DNA from: Octopus vulgaris
Taxonomy: Eukaryota
DNA length: 64,000 nucleotides
Direction: 5' to 3'
NCBI GenBank assembly: GCA_951406725.2
Contig: OX597815.1
Span: 125,984,001 to 126,048,000 of the forward strand
The position numbers were made by a program, and so were the translations under genes. Shown one piece after another: positions 1 to 14,299 of this stretch. A model generated the notes under the pieces. The model was given only the letters and a program-made list of their open reading frames with translations, was not told the origin of the DNA and searched no databases. Within the stretch, counting starts at the first letter, position 1. Every line of letters begins with the position of its first letter.

Positions 1-120
1 TGGTACAAAACCGAACTGCATTTCATCTAAACAAATTCTCTCCCTAATGAGATTGGTTATGACCTTCTCTGAGACCTTCATCACCTGGTCCAACAGTTTG
101 ATACCTCTGTAGTTATTTCT
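1..120 (-). mobile_element. RTE-clade LINE reverse transcriptase fragment
   Basis: Minus strand reads RNNYRGIKLLDQVMKVSEKVITNLIRERICLDEMQFGFVP (NYRGI..L and QFGF RT motifs). Confidence 0.85.
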
Positions 121-173
121 GTGTATATATATATATGTGTGTGTGTACATATATATATGTGTGTGTGTACATT

Positions 174-224
<51 letters not shown>

Positions 225-831
225 GTATGTATATATGCCGTTTAGATGTAGTTTTAAAGTTATAGTTTAACAACACCCTACTTGATTACAATGAGAAATA
301 ATGCTTTTTCCTAGTTTTTCTTATTTCTCGCGCTATCAACTAATTTCATTGCCATATATAATGCAAATGAGTTTTTCCACCAAAATCAGAGGGTGGGGTA
401 GACCCCTGGAATCCCCTCTCACTTTGGAGTTATTTTTTTGTCCCCTTGTTTTTTATTTTGCATGCTATCAACTAATCTCAGCTCCTAGTATACTGCAAAG
501 GACTTTTTTCCCCTTTGTAGCGTATTAGGAGATCAGAATAGTGGCTGTTTTTTTTTATGCCTAATAACTACTATTTCTAGCATACTAAACAACCATGTTG
601 AAGACCAGCTACCTTTGAGTTTGTTTAAAAGAGAGAGAAAAGTGCTTTACACGACGAATTTCAATATAATTGTAATCTACACCATCTGAGATGTATATGT
701 AGAAAATTTTATTAACAAATTATCTATGTTTCAGAAAGCTACCACGCACACACATACACACACATATATATATACATATATATGTATACTCACACATATA
801 AATATATACATGTGTATGTATATATATGCAT

Positions 832-1030
832 ATCATCATCATCATTTAACGTCCGTTTTCCATGCTGGCATAAGTTGGACAGTTTGGCACGGGCCAACAA
901 GCCAGGGGCTATGTCTGGCACCCCTCTGGTTTGGCATGTATTTTGTGGCTGGATACTCTTCCTAACGCCACCACGTTACAGCATGGACCAAGTGTTTTTA
1001 TGTGACACTGCATGGTAGCATAGTTTCAAT
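832..1030 (-). mobile_element. RTE-type 3' end with (GAT)n tail (representative of a high-copy family)
   Basis: catcatcatcatttaacgtccgttttccatgctggc... Related copies at about 7200, 8937, 15550-15815, 18060-18220, 19560, 20512, 30790-31000, 32765, 37275, 38570-38850, 40590-41050. The same tail ends the RTE ORF fragment at 41922-42990. Confidence 0.75.
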
Positions 1031-1164
1031 GGCTGGATTTTTATATTTTTATATTTAAATTTTTATAATTCTATAGACTTTGGTGCAAGTTGACTGGGAA
1101 CCTGGGGCCAACCAAAATTGTTCCCAACTGGGACCCGCACATCCTAAGGCCAGCTCTACCCAGT

Positions 1165-1460
1165 GATCAAAGAGAAAGAAGAAAAACTGAACAACTATGA
1201 TGATTTGAAGTGCGAAATATGAAGGTTGTGGACAATGAAGAGAGTAGACGTGATACCAATAGTAATTGATGCACTTGGAAGTATCAGCACTCAACAGCCA
1301 ACATAGCTTGAAAAGATTGGTACAAAAATCAGCATTGCTTGGAACTGTAAGAATTCTTTGCAGGGCTCTTGAAGCATGACCAGTAAACAAGTGTCACCTT
1401 AGTCTGCTGGCTGTGGATAGCAAAATAAGCTGAGAGTTTTCATCATATAATAATAAAAAT
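1165..1460 (+). mobile_element. R4/Dong-like (RLE) retrotransposon 3' fragment
   Basis: Decayed EKLNNYDDLKCEI*RLWTMKRVDVIPIVIDALGS...QKSALLGTVRILCRALEA*, typical of the C-terminus of RLE-type R4-clade ORFs. Ends in TAA-rich sequence. Confidence 0.7.
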
Positions 1461-1461
1461 A

Positions 1462-1678
1462 ATCCTTTTTATTATAGGCATAAGGCCTGGATTTTGTGGG
1501 GAGGGGGACAGTCAATCACATTGAGCCCAGTGTTTCACCGGTATTTAGTTTATCAACCCCGAAAGGATGAAAGGCAAAGTCGACCTTGGAAGAATTTGAA
1601 CTCAGAACACAGCAACAGGTGAAATACCGCTAAGCATTTTGCCTGGCATGCTAATGATTCTGCCAACTAACAGCCTTA
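1462..1678 (-). mobile_element. tRNA-derived SINE, family A
   Basis: Reverse complement of the 7628-7845 copy, with shared core cgaaaggatgaaaggcaaagtcgacc...gaatttgaactcagaac. Other copies at about 1755-1950, 6810-7200, 7420-7610, 10205-10545, 10780-11000, 21465-21800, 59260-59570. Confidence 0.8.
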
Positions 1679-1679
1679 A

Positions 1680-1685
1680 ATAATA

Positions 1686-1750
<65 letters not shown>
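1680..1750. repeat. (TAA)n microsatellite
   Basis: Read directly. Confidence 0.95.
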
Positions 1751-1752
<2 letters not shown>

Positions 1753-2622
1753 TTTTCTACAAAATGTCTGAAATTTTTGTGAAGGGAGTTAGTCAATTAC
1801 ATTGTACCCCAGTTTTCGACTGGTACTTATTTTATTGCCACTGATGAGATGAAAGGCAAAGTCAGTCTCAGAAATGTCTGCCTTTACGTTCTGAGTTCAA
1901 ATGTAGAGACATACAAAATGCCACTAAGCACTTTGTCGGGTATGCTAACAATTCGGGTGGGGTAAATTTTCACAAGGACCATAGCAAATTATGGCTGACA
2001 TGATATAAAGCAATTGGCTTCTCAGCTAATGGAATGAGAAGAGGCAGCATGGTTCCAGCCAACTCTGAGGAACAAAAGCCAATATTTTAGCCATAGAAAA
2101 AGTAGAGAGAGGAGACAGTGAGCTCATGAGACAGAAGCTGAATATGTCTGTGAGTAGACTATGGTAATGGAGACTCATTTTTGGGATGTAGTCAAGGTTA
2201 TGAGAGCAATACTTCTTTTTCAGATTCATCTGAGCTTTATAGTGTATCAACAATTGCTGGGATCTGAAGTTTCTTTTGGCCCTGAAGGGATGGGCCCATT
2301 ATTGAAATGCAGGCCTGGCTACATAAAGCATGTACTTACCATATTTGATGACATAAAAGACATATGGGAATATTAAACAAACTCCAATTTCAGCAGTGCA
2401 TATTTAGGAAAATGCTTTTAGTGCATTAAAGCATACAATATTTAAAGCAGCTTTGCATATAGCAAACAGGCCGAGTTGTTGAGATATTTTTTTTATATTT
2501 GAAAATAAGCGCATATCATATGCCATCAAATATAGTAATCATTTTATATGGTGACGACCATAGAAAGTGATAATTTTAAATAATCATACAAAGTGAATAA
2601 TTTTAAATAATTTTCAACATAC

Positions 2623-2742
2623 CTGTCGAAGTAATGAAGCTGTAAGACCATTATAAAAACCCAAAATGCCATCAGTTTTAATAATACGAGCTAAAAGTGT
2701 TGTGGTCCGAACATTTTCTTTCTGCTGTGTTTGAAGATGAAC
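2623..2742 (-). CDS. SLC25A10: Mitochondrial dicarboxylate carrier, coding exon 2 (gene continues off-window to the left)
   Basis: Acceptor ttttgcttacag|, then 120 nt VHLQTQQKENVRTTTLLARIIKTDGILGFYNGLTASLLRQ, then donor CAG|GTATGT. Matches DIC VHLQTQQ...DGIL..Y.GL.ASL.RQ and is in frame with exon 1. Intron 1 = 2743-22840. Confidence 0.95.
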
Positions 2743-3348
2743 CTGTAAGCAAAATGGGAAAAATAAAATAAAAAACACCATATAGGTGAGTATTTCTACT
2801 TACACCAATATACAGGAATCAATATCAGCAATGTATGTGTAACTATTAAAAAACACCTCTTCTTGAGAAAGAAAAAGCTGTTCCTTTCATGACACAAATG
2901 TTAATATTCTTAGGTCAACAGGTCAATCAGTAGCAATGCACATTCCAAGACAAGTGGAATGAAAATTTATTAATTCAAATTACAGTTAAGGGTTAATGAC
3001 AGGAATGGTACTTAGTTGCAAAACAATACCTCAATAATTATATTTCACTAACACATGATAGCATTGTAAATCAAACATAAAATGAACAAATGATATATTC
3101 CTTTTCTTCTACTGATGATCACCATTTAAAGCATGAAACTTCAGCAATGTCTGGATAATATGTTTATATTAATATGTACCTTGTCAACTGTTTCTCATTA
3201 TTACACATGCATGCATTCATCATGTGTGTATATTATGTAAGATTTAAAAAAGGAACTCAGAAAGAAACACAGTATGACATGAATACAGTGTTAATTTAAC
3301 ACTTGAATGAAAGGAAAAGTTACACATTTTGAGCATTAGTTCACCTGG

Positions 3349-3383
<35 letters not shown>

Positions 3384-3654
3384 AGAGATGAAGAGGAAAA
3401 AGAGAGAAATTAATTAGAACATGGAGAAGAAAAGGAAAAGGCTTTTTAGCCCGAGAGATAGGCCACCTATGAGGTGGTTTCAGAAAGGGTGGATTGGTAA
3501 GTGAAAGGGTACTTATGTCAAAGTGTATGTGTATACATGGGATTTACACACACACAGATATATATATAGAGAGAGAGGAGAAAGAAATACACACAAACAC
3601 ACACATTTATGAATTTGAGATGCAAAATTCCTGATGTGAAACTGTGTGTTGAAA

Positions 3655-3879
3655 CAAATATTGTTGTATTTTGGGATGGTAATATTTTTTTTTTTTTTTT
3701 GCTAAATAAATACACGCACTATTCAGTCTTCACTCGTTTATGACTGTTCTTATTTTAATTGATAGACATCAATTAAAATAAGAACAGTAATAAATGAGTG
3801 AAAAACAAATATCTAATGTATGTATGTTTATTTGGCAAAAAAAAAAAAATGACAATCCAGAAATAAAACAATATATTTG
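3655..3879. repeat. Foldback inverted repeat (MITE-like hairpin)
   Basis: Arms of about 110 bp around loop AGAC (3764-3767). The core actgttcttattttaattgat / atcaattaaaataagaacagt is a perfect inverted repeat; outer arms include T-run/A-run pairing. Confidence 0.85.
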
Positions 3880-3954
3880 AGAGATATTTTCTCCATGATA
3901 GCTGCACTGCATTTGCCTTTTAGCAGCTGAAATATGTCACAAACATATTTTAAC

Positions 3955-4071
<117 letters not shown>

Positions 4072-7000
4072 AAGAGTTACGCACACACACATGTAATGCA
4101 CTACAGATCACAATAAGTTTTTGTATTGGTTTTGGTTTTGAATGATGCCATCCAGCGGGCTTGGTGTGTTGGCCAACATATACCTTAAGTGGAATACCTG
4201 TTCATTGCAGGATTGCTTATTTACAGATGAGTAAGCTGGAACAATGTGAAATGAAGTGTTTCATTTCAGAACAAAATGCACACAAACACACACACACACA
4301 TGTATGTGTGTGTGTGTGTGTGTATTTAGGGTCATTAATTGTTTTATACTCCAACTGAGAGGAATTATCAAAAGCTATTTTATCCTTTTGACTTGTTAAC
4401 AGGCATATTAGTGTCTTATGGCATTATGACAGCAATTAGAAAATCTTGTAGTTCTTTAAATGATACCAGTTTTTACGCTTGTATTCAGAAACAAGTGCTG
4501 GTATTTTGTTTGAGGATCTCAGGAACATATTATTTATTTCATATCGTATTTTTGAACAGTTGCTGGTTATGGGTTAATCATTGGTTCACTGAATTCATGA
4601 GGACAAAGAAGCAGAAGATTTTCTATGCAACCTAGGCAGAATAAATACCACAAGAGTCTTTATTCAAAATTATTAGCTTACTGGTTTGCAAGCAGATCTT
4701 TACATTTTTCACTAATATACATTATCAAACAATACATGTGTGATTACCCACATACACACACATTTACACAAACATTTATATATATACACACACACATAAA
4801 GAGGCACTGTGTTGCTTACAATGATGAGGGTTCCAGTTGACCTCATCAGTAGAACAGTTTGCACATGAAATTACCATGCAAGTAGCTGAGTACTCTACAG
4901 ACATGCATTCTCTAAGTGTAGTTCTCAGGGAGATTCAGTGTAAGACAGAATGTGACAGGGCCAGCCATTTTAAACTGCAGGTACTACTCATTTTTGCCAG
5001 CTGAGTGGAGTGGAGCAATACGAAATAAAGTCTCAAGCTAAAGGACCCAACATGTTGTCAGGAATCAAACTCACAACCTTACAATTGTGAACAGAATACC
5101 TTACTCATGTGCTTTCACAAACATACATATATACACCCATAGAGTGACACAGCCAGAGTGCATACTGCCCAGAGAGGCCACTGTTTATTGCAGGATTGCT
5201 TATTTACAGATGAGTAAGCTGGAACAGGACTCCAAGCCTATACAGGCTTATACAACAGACCCAAAAATACTACCCCATAAAAGTGTCACCTTGGGTAACC
5301 ACCTCACCCCCAGGTACATTACACACACCACACACATACACATTGGGCCCCTGGTCACCAATATCTATTCACAAAGCATTAACCAACTTCAAAGTCTGGT
5401 AGATGGCTTCTCTCTAAGGTGCCACACAGTGGGGTCAAGCCTGGGACCATATGGCCATAAAGTACAAGGCCTAATCACACAACTATCCATATTACCAATC
5501 ACAGGTTGTATACTCTGGTTCCTTAAATATAAAGGATTGGCATATTTTAAAGATTACTGTTCTATGTTTACAATGATATTCTCTTTCAGATCTTTGAATA
5601 AAATATTTTTGGATTCTTTTATTTTGATTTTTATTCTTTTACCTATTTCAGTCACTGGACTGCAACCATGCTGGAACACCATCTTGGAAGGTTTAATTGA
5701 ACAAATCGATTCCAATACTCACTTTTAAGTTTGGTACTTATTCTAGTGGCCTCTTTTGTCAAACTACTAAGTTATGGGGACACAAACAAACCAACACTGG
5801 TTGTCAAGAGGTGGAGGACAAATACAAACACAAAGACATACATATATACATACATACTGTAAATACAATGTATTTCAATTTGGATGCTATGATTCACTGT
5901 AACTCAGACTGAGAATAAAAAGCACTTTAGTCATTCTCTCTCAGGCAGACAGCTGCTTGGAATGCTGAAAGTATTTTTTTATGTCAGAGTAATTTAGGTT
6001 ATGGAATATGTTAAGATTAGCTTTTTGTGTGATAGCTTACATCATTGACTTTGCAACTGTGGCTAACCTTGACACACCTCAAGTTAAATAACCTTTTGTG
6101 ATACTTGTATACAAATGGGAATAATTCCTTGTTAGTGTCATGATGTTCCATACTATACCTGTTGCTACATTATAATGTAATGAAGTTGAAAAAGTAAGGT
6201 TCCATGATCTGATTCTCTACTCTGTAACTATGTTTTTATTTTTCAGAAACCATTCCCCTCTTCCTTGTTTAATATCAAACAACAATCTATCACACACTAC
6301 ACACATGCAAACACATATAAACACAAGCACACTTGTGTTCAATCTGATATTGATATAAGAATCACTTGTTTTATACAGCAGATAAGTGAACTAAATAGGT
6401 AAACACATTGTTTTGTAAATACACAAATTTAACTAGAGTTCAAGATATATATATTTACAATAAAATAAGTGATTAGCATTTACAACTCTCATAAAGTTAC
6501 ACTAACAACTCACATCAAAAGTGAACATTTATGTAGTTAATATACTTGCTCCCAGCAGCAGCTTAATTTTGCTTTCCAGAGAATTGAAAATAATATTTTC
6601 ATACTTGGGAATGGTCATATTTTGCCAATTAAACATATGCTCTATATATTTGGTCTCACTTCAGTTTTATTATTATTTTAGTTTCTTTGTCAGAATGCTT
6701 TCATCCCACATCCTATAACCTCTTCAAAGATTGTATCTCATGTGCCTGGGATAGAGATAAAAATTAAGTGAAGACCAAATATATAGCGTGTGATGATGAT
6801 AATAATAATGACTTTTACAAGGCCTCTCATTTTAGGGGAAAGTGACTGGCTGATTATATTGACCCTAGTCAATATAATCAACTGGTACTTATTTTATCAA
6901 CTCCAAAAGGATGAAAAGCAATGCTGACCTCAGTAGAATTTGAAGTCAGAATATAAGGCCAGAAGAAATGCTGCTAAGCATTTTGTCCCATGTGGTCATG

Positions 7001-7627
7001 ATTCTACCAGCTCGCTGCCTTTTTTCTAGAAATAATAATAATAATAATAATCCTTTCTTCTATAGGCACAGGGCCTGAAATTTTGGATAAGTAGGGTTCT
7101 TGTCAATTACATCAACCCTAGTGCTTTACTAGTAATTACTTCATTCACCCTGAAAGGATGAAATGCAAAGTCAACTTCAGTGGAATTTGAACTCAGAATC
7201 ATCAACGTTATCATTGTTTAACATCTGTTTTCTGTGCTGGCATGGGTTGGATGGTTGGGACTTAGTCAGCAGGAGAGCTGTCCAAACTTCAACTGTCTGT
7301 TTTGCCATAGTTTCTATGGCTTTGAGGCCCTTCATAATGCCAGCCAATTTACAGAGTGTGCTAGATGCTTTTTACATGCCACTGGCGCCAGAATGTAATA
7401 ATAAAAATAAATGCTAATTGTTCTTTTAGAGGAACAAGGCCTGAAGTTTTGGTGTAGGGGCTAGGCAATTACATCGACCTCTGTAGTACTTATTTTATCA
7501 ACTCTGAAAGAATGAAAATTAAAGTTGACCTTAGCGGAATTTGAACTCAGACCATAAAACTACAAGAAATGTCACTAAGGATTTTGTACATTGGGCTAAC
7601 AATTCTGGAAGCAATAATAATTATAAA

Positions 7628-7845
7628 AGGCAGTGAGCTGGCAGAATCATTAGCATGCCGGGTGAAATGCTTAGCGGTATTTCGTCTGCCATTATGTTCT
7701 GAGTTCAAATTCCGCCAAGGCCAACTTTGCCTTTCATCCTTTCAGGGTCAATTAAATAAGTACAAGTTACGCACTGGGGTTGATGTAATCGACTTAATCC
7801 CTTTGTCTGTCCTCTATGTTTAGCCATCTGTGGGCAATAAAGAAA
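7628..7845 (+). mobile_element. tRNA-derived SINE, family A (well-preserved copy)
   Basis: Pol III A-box-like tggcagaatcatt and B-box gagttcaaattcc, central gcctttcatcctttc...aagtac domain, A-rich/(AAT)n tail. Confidence 0.85.
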
Positions 7846-8212
7846 AAAATAAATAATAATAATAATCTTTTTTCATTTGCAACAGGGGCACAGATGAAGG
7901 AGACATCACAAGGATAGTCTACAATTTATGAAGGGGTTTAAATAAAAGATGAAGAGAAAGCAAGGGAAAAGATGATGTATTGAAATAAATTATACATGGT
8001 ATACAAACTAAGTGAACCACATGAATGATGCAGTTCTTCTGATTCAGGAGAACCTTTAACTAAGGCCAGTCAAAAACCCCAACAGATACAGGATTATCCT
8101 GACTGCAAAAGGTATGAGTCTTCACCAAACTGTTGTTCTCCAATCTACAGGCACATGCTTAGAGTCAGTCCATTCACCCTCATCATTTTTGTTATGTGGA
8201 AATAGCAGTGGT

Positions 8213-8542
8213 GGTGAAGGTGTATGGCTGAGTGGTTAGAGCATCGGGCTCACAATCATGAGATAGTGAGTTCAATTCCTGGACTAGGCTGTGTTGTATT
8301 CTTGAGCAAGACACTTTATTTTACATTGCTCCAGTTCACTCAGCTGTAAAAATGAGTTGCAATGTCACTGGTGCCAAGCTGTATCGGTCTTTGCCTTTTC
8401 CTTGGATAACATCAGTGGTGTGGAGAGGGGAGGCTGGTATGCATGGGTGACTGCTGGTCTTCCATAAACAACCTGGCCCAGACTTGTGCCTCAGAGAACT
8501 TTCTAGGTGCAATCCTATGGTCATTCATGAATGAAGGGGACA
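8213..8542 (+). mobile_element. tRNA-derived SINE, family C
   Basis: A box tggctgagtggtt, B box gagttcaattcc, body ttcttgagcaagacactttat...gctccagttcactcagctg. Related copies on the minus strand at about 4795-5100, 33450-33705, 39200-39530, 41490-41725, 47545-47670, 58088-58445. Confidence 0.85.
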
Positions 8543-9423
8543 TTTAGTAGTAGTAGTAAAAGAGCTTGAGGAAACTAGTGGTGTTCTGTGTCAGCATAAA
8601 TGACTTAGTGAAGTTTGTAAATTTGGATGAGTTTAACAGAAGTATTCACATCCTCTAATAGTGCATGGACTTATCCAAATTTATTAAAACACAACTTATA
8701 AACGATGATGATAATGATGATGATGATGTCAATGTTTTTATTTCTCCTGACAAGATGCATAATAGGTCTTTTATTAAACTCTACAAATCCAAATCTTTCT
8801 CATCAGTTATTCAATAATACCACTACTTGCAATGATAGTGTGAACCACACTATAGGAACAACTATTCACAGCTGGATATAATAAAGCCAGGGAAGAGTTA
8901 ACTGCTATGACTAAAGAAACAGCAAAATCACTCAACCATCATCATTTAACGTCCATTTTCCATGCTGGCCTGGGTTGGACGGTTTGACAGGAGCTGACCA
9001 GCTGAAGAGCTGCACAGTCTTCATGTCTGTTTTGCTATGGTTTCTCTGTTTGGATCCCCTTCCTAACATCAACCACTTTACAGAGTGTATTGGGTGTTTT
9101 TATATAGAAGTAGCATGGGTGCATTTACGTGGCACCAGTACAGGTGTGTTTTTTTATGACTCAGCCAGCTGTCTCCACCTTCACATCAATATAATTAAGC
9201 TCAATATTTAAATGTACAGCAGTTTCATTTGTTAAATCAATACTCTTAATAATAATGCATGCAGAGTGAAGTATCATGCTAGTTTAGTGGAGAACAAAGA
9301 GAGGGTATCTATAACAGAGAGAAACCAAGGTAATCAATAGATGAAGTAATAATTGAATATTTACACATTCATTTTAATATTTGAGATCAGTTCAGTATCA
9401 AGTATACATCTATTTTTATTTCT

Positions 9424-9654
9424 TTAAACCCTTTTCATACCCACCCACCTGAAATCAGTCATGGTTCAATGATTCAAACTCTCTGCTGCAAAGTGATCTC
9501 AATCAGAATCTTCCATTAAAATTCCAAGTTGATTTTCGTTCCAAACACCAACTTAATAGTGGAAAAGTTGTTTTACTAAATACTTTATTATTTTTGAAAT
9601 TAATTGAAGCAAAGATAGCTTATTTCAACAGAAATTTGGCAACAAAGAAGTTAA
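9424..9654. mobile_element. piggyBac-like MITE (TTAA-flanked)
   Basis: TTAA at 9424-27 and 9651-54 with degenerate ends (accctttt.../...aaagaag). A homologous copy at about 17057-17722 is split by a SINE. Other TTAA-ccttt elements at about 37017 and 40075. Confidence 0.55.
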
Positions 9655-12600
9655 AAGGTTTTACTTGTAATCTCTGTAAACAGAACGGATTCTCTTTTGT
9701 TTTAGTTTACTTTTAAGAATCAACCTTCTAGAGATCACAGTGGAAATAGCAATGGGTCATTTTGTTAGCAATTATCCATTAAAGCAGTTACCAGTACTAA
9801 CATTAGACCAGAGATTGACATTGGCAATACATTATTACTACAAGATGACAGTTACATTATTAATAACAGCATAACAGTGCAATCACTGCTACTTCATCAA
9901 TTATCACTTCTTAACATTAGCATTGCAACGACTACTACTACTACCACCACCACCACCACCATCATCACTTATTGACACATTAACAAATAACACCAACCTG
10001 ATGTATGCAGGTTATGCTGCTAATGAACATGTAATACAAATGAACAATACATGTAGGGCAAAGAAGTGTGATAATATGGTGGAGGAAAGAGAGAGAGGAT
10101 AGCAATGACAGAGACAAGCCAAAAAAGTAAATTTTAATGAATTGATAAATCTGCACCTAAAGATACTGTGTCTCACAAGTGAATGTCAGCTCTGACATAA
10201 TGGAAATTTTGGCACAAGGCCAGCAAGTTCAGGGGAAGTCAATTGCTCAACTGGTACTTGTTTTATTGACACCCCAAAAGGACGAAAGGCAAAGTTAACC
10301 TCAGTAGAATTTGAACTCAGAACATAAAGATGGATGAAATGCCACAAAGCATTTTGCCAGGCATGCTAACATTTCTGCCAGCTTGCAGCCTTTAAAAGAT
10401 GTAATATTCCTTTCTGCTATAGGCGCAAAGCTTGAAATTTCAAGGGAGGGTGTAAGTCGGTCACATCAACCCCAGTGCTCAACTGGTACTTATTTTATCA
10501 ACCCCAAAAGGATGAAAGGCAAAGTCAGCCTCAGCGGAATTGGAAATGATGTAATATTACTACACATTTACCAAATCCATGTCAGTTTGAAAATAATAAC
10601 ATTGGATCTACAAATGGTGTAAAGTTGATCAAGTATCAAACTACAAACCCAATGATTGATATGTCCCCTGTTATCAACACAGCCATAATGTATATAGTCA
10701 TCAATTTTCATTCTCATTGTTACAGTCCGTCTAGCTGTAAAAACATTCCATAAGGTGTGAACACTTACTGCAATAAGTAAATCATCCTTTCTACAATAGG
10801 CACAAGGCATGAAGTTTTGTGTGAGAGGACTAGATGATTACTTTGACTCCAGTGCTTCGCTGGTGCTTATTTTATCAACCCCAAAGGGATGAAAGACAAA
10901 GTTGACCTCAGCAGTATTTTGTCCATCTATACATTCTGAGCTCAAATCAAGTATTTTGTCCAGTGTGCTAATAATTCTGCCAGGTTGCTACCTTAAGCAG
11001 TGGTATAATTAATAAAAAACTTAATTAACCTGCGAAGATGAACTCGAATCTTTGTATAGGTCTCCACCCATTATGATGTATTTCTTCCTAAATCTGTTAT
11101 TAAGAGTCCATGAAAAAAATTTTTGCTTTAGACATATTTACTACAAGAAGCAGCTAAGTCTCTTTCTCTAATGTTTTTCTTAGTTTAAATGTGTTTTTGG
11201 TAACTGAAACATGTTCCCTCAGAGTACTATTGCAAACTTATAAAGTGAACATGTGAAAAACAAAATAAGAACTTTGAAAGAAGTATCTATAAAATTAGTT
11301 TTTAAGCATCAAATGGCTGTGGGGTACCACCAGAATAAAATAGTAATCACAAGGGTTCACAGTTGAAAGAATGGTTGAGAACCACTGATGTAAATTATTA
11401 GTTTAAATCACACACACAGTCAGGGATAAAAGAATATATAACACACATAACAAAGTTGACTTAACCAACTATGTCAGGAATGGAAGAATACCGGATTAAA
11501 TGCCTTACAATATTTAGTTCTAGCGGCCATTTGCAAAGTATGTTCAAATCTCACAACCTCTGTCGTGTGACTTTTAGAAGACCCCTGTAACTTTTTGTTT
11601 CAAGGTGTCAGCTCTTCAATCAAAATTCATAATCTATGCACCTTTTATTCATAGCTATATTTTACTTTATTCTATCTGAAATTCAATATTTCATGTTATC
11701 CTAAAGAACATCTTTAAAAGTACAACCAGTTAAATTTATTTAGGTCTATTACAAATTTCAAGAAGTAAAACTTCCAGATATGAATAAAAGAGCATTTTTA
11801 TATTCTGGGCAAATTTCAAAGACAAACACAGTACACTTTTCACTTCGCAAAATCATTGATCAGTTCAGAATAATCAAGCTGAAAGATAAGTTCGTGTTCA
11901 ATTGATATCATAGACAATCCTCAAAGTCTGGTACATGTTCATGAAACAATGTAATATTTTTACAAGAACTTTTGCAGGTACAATGTATTACCATTTTATT
12001 TGTTGAAATTTTCAGTTAACACAGATAGTTTAATTCTTGTTCAACATCTTAACCAAAGTAAAAAGATGACTCATCTATGTACTTTGACTTTAACATGGAG
12101 CCCCTCAATCATGGAGGCCCCGTATGACTGCAGGGGTTGCAGGGGCTAAGGAACAGCGCAGAATCCCACGTAATGTCAACTTCATCATTATTCCTCACAG
12201 AGTCAAAAGAAAAAGTACATATCACACACACACACACCAAACTTATTTCAACCAACTATGCCTGCTCCAATTTGTAACTTTGTATCAATTTAAGAAATTA
12301 TCAGAAACTAATAAAATTATCATTAGATAAACATTCAAAAACATTCAGATGACCTAGAAAAAGTGTTGCCTTCAACAGTATAATTCTGAATGTAACCCAC
12401 ATTTCATTATTTTAAAATTTTATGCAAGTAAATATATTTATCTCTTTAATGATATATGCCTGATAATACAGGTTTACAATTTTACAGTGTAACCTTTCTG
12501 ACCTTCACATACATAAATGTATGAATGTACATATATATATGTAGAAACTAGTACAGTGATGTGGATACAGATTTCACATTTTTATGGCAGTCTCAAGTTG

Positions 12601-12945
12601 TGTCTCACTATTTGTCACCTTGGCCAAGTGTCCTCTCTTGCAGCTTTGGTTCAACTGAATGCCTTGCAGGTGAAACAGGAAGACAGAAACTATGTAGAAG
12701 TCCATCATGTGTTATGCGTGTCTGTATGTACACACACACAGACATGCATTACATCATGTTTATCATATTTCTCCTTATATATCTAAATCTATATCTATCT
12801 ACCTATATATATATACATACATATATATATACATATTTTAAAGAGGTCATAGGTCAACAAGTCTTGGGGTCTGACGATACACAATAAAGTTAAACCCTTT
12901 ATGGATGGGAAACCCAGGGTAACCCCATAAACTGGCCTTCACCAA

Positions 12946-12980
<35 letters not shown>

Positions 12981-14299
12981 TGTAATTATGTGTGTGTGAC
13001 TTTGTGACTGTTTATATTCCTCACTTTGTTTATTCAATCTCAACCACTAAAATGAATTTTATAAAGCAAGATTAGTTAGTAATTTTTAGAGATATCATGG
13101 TAAAAACCTCAGTCATTACAAGGATTATAAAATCACCAGGTATTCACATCTCAGTGAATTGCTTAAATTATACAATTCAACAAATTCAGTAAACTGTTTG
13201 CTGTTGTAATATATTATTTCCTGAAACTATCATGCATGTTATATTAGTACATGTTGCTTGTATGTCAATGTGATTCAAATCACCCTTTGTCTCAGATACA
13301 ATACTCACAAAACAATAGATATGTGTTCAAATGGTGTTCAAAGAAAATATTTTATTCTGAACCAGAAAGGTAGGCTTCCTTTGTAATTATAATAGCATAC
13401 AAATATTAAAACAAAACAGAGATAATGAATGCAGTTTGCATATGCTAATTCAGACTAATACCATGTATGACAACAATTGATTTTTCTTTAATTTATTATA
13501 AGTGAAGATTCAATCTAAACCCTGAATACTATCTATCTATACATTAGTTTCTGCTAGTTTAGTTGTTCAACATACACTTGATTACCTTTTTGTTACCTTT
13601 CTGCTAAGTGAGTAGCTCCAGAGAAGTCCAGTCTTGCCAAACACATAGGAGGGTACTAATGTCCAAATACGAATTATGTAAGTCTTGAAACGAGAAGTTA
13701 ATATCTGACCCAACCATTGCAATTCTTCAACAACAAAAAAAAACCATCTTTCTCACAAAATAGCTTCTGGAAAGGGATTACAGTTTCTGTCCACTGGTGG
13801 TGTTGACACAAGAAATTATTGTATTAACTTCAAGCAACACAATTTACTAACCCAATAGATTTAGTTTTACTGCTCAGATTAAAAGTTAATCCTCTCCTGA
13901 ATCATTAAGATTCATACATCCACTTCAGATTTCTGAATTCTACAACAACAATGGATAACAGATAAATTGCTCCTGGAAAAGATGCTGTTGTAATGCAGTA
14001 ACCTTTCCCAAATTTATCAATTGTAAGTCAACTGATAAATACTTATCAATCAACAATTATTTCACCTAGAATCTTGGAACTTATAACTTCAAACAAAGCC
14101 ACACAGTTTCACCTTCCATATCCCACTTTAAAAAAATTTCTTCAAAATTCCTCCGTACCATCTTTAATCTTTTCCTGCCTTCATTTCCTCACATTTTTTC
14201 ATTTTATCTCGATTTGTTTTTCTTCTCTGTTCATCCACATATATTTGAAATGTCAACCAACCTAAAAGAAGTTCAAAGTTCACAATCATTGTATCTTCA

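Noticed and set aside
1842-1856. CTGATGA...GAAA hammerhead-like match
   Set aside because: Lies in a decayed SINE core with no flanking stems I or III.
2455-2500. Possible SLC25A10 exon 3 (minus strand TCA ACA ACT CGG...TTT GCT ATA resembles STTRFAI)
   Set aside because: A 4-nt interruption breaks the frame and there is no acceptor site; probably chance similarity. Exon 3 is presumed off-window.
5087-5728. Longest ORF in the track (213 aa)
   Set aside because: Runs through SINE fragments, antisense within the SLC25A10 intron, with no recognisable domain.
8213-8290. tRNA genes (here and at other A/B-box heads)
   Set aside because: No complete cloverleaf; each continues into a multi-copy SINE body.
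13600-14050. Possible Gypsy pol remnant on the minus strand
   Set aside because: Only a faint GLTFN-like similarity; not supportable without a search.
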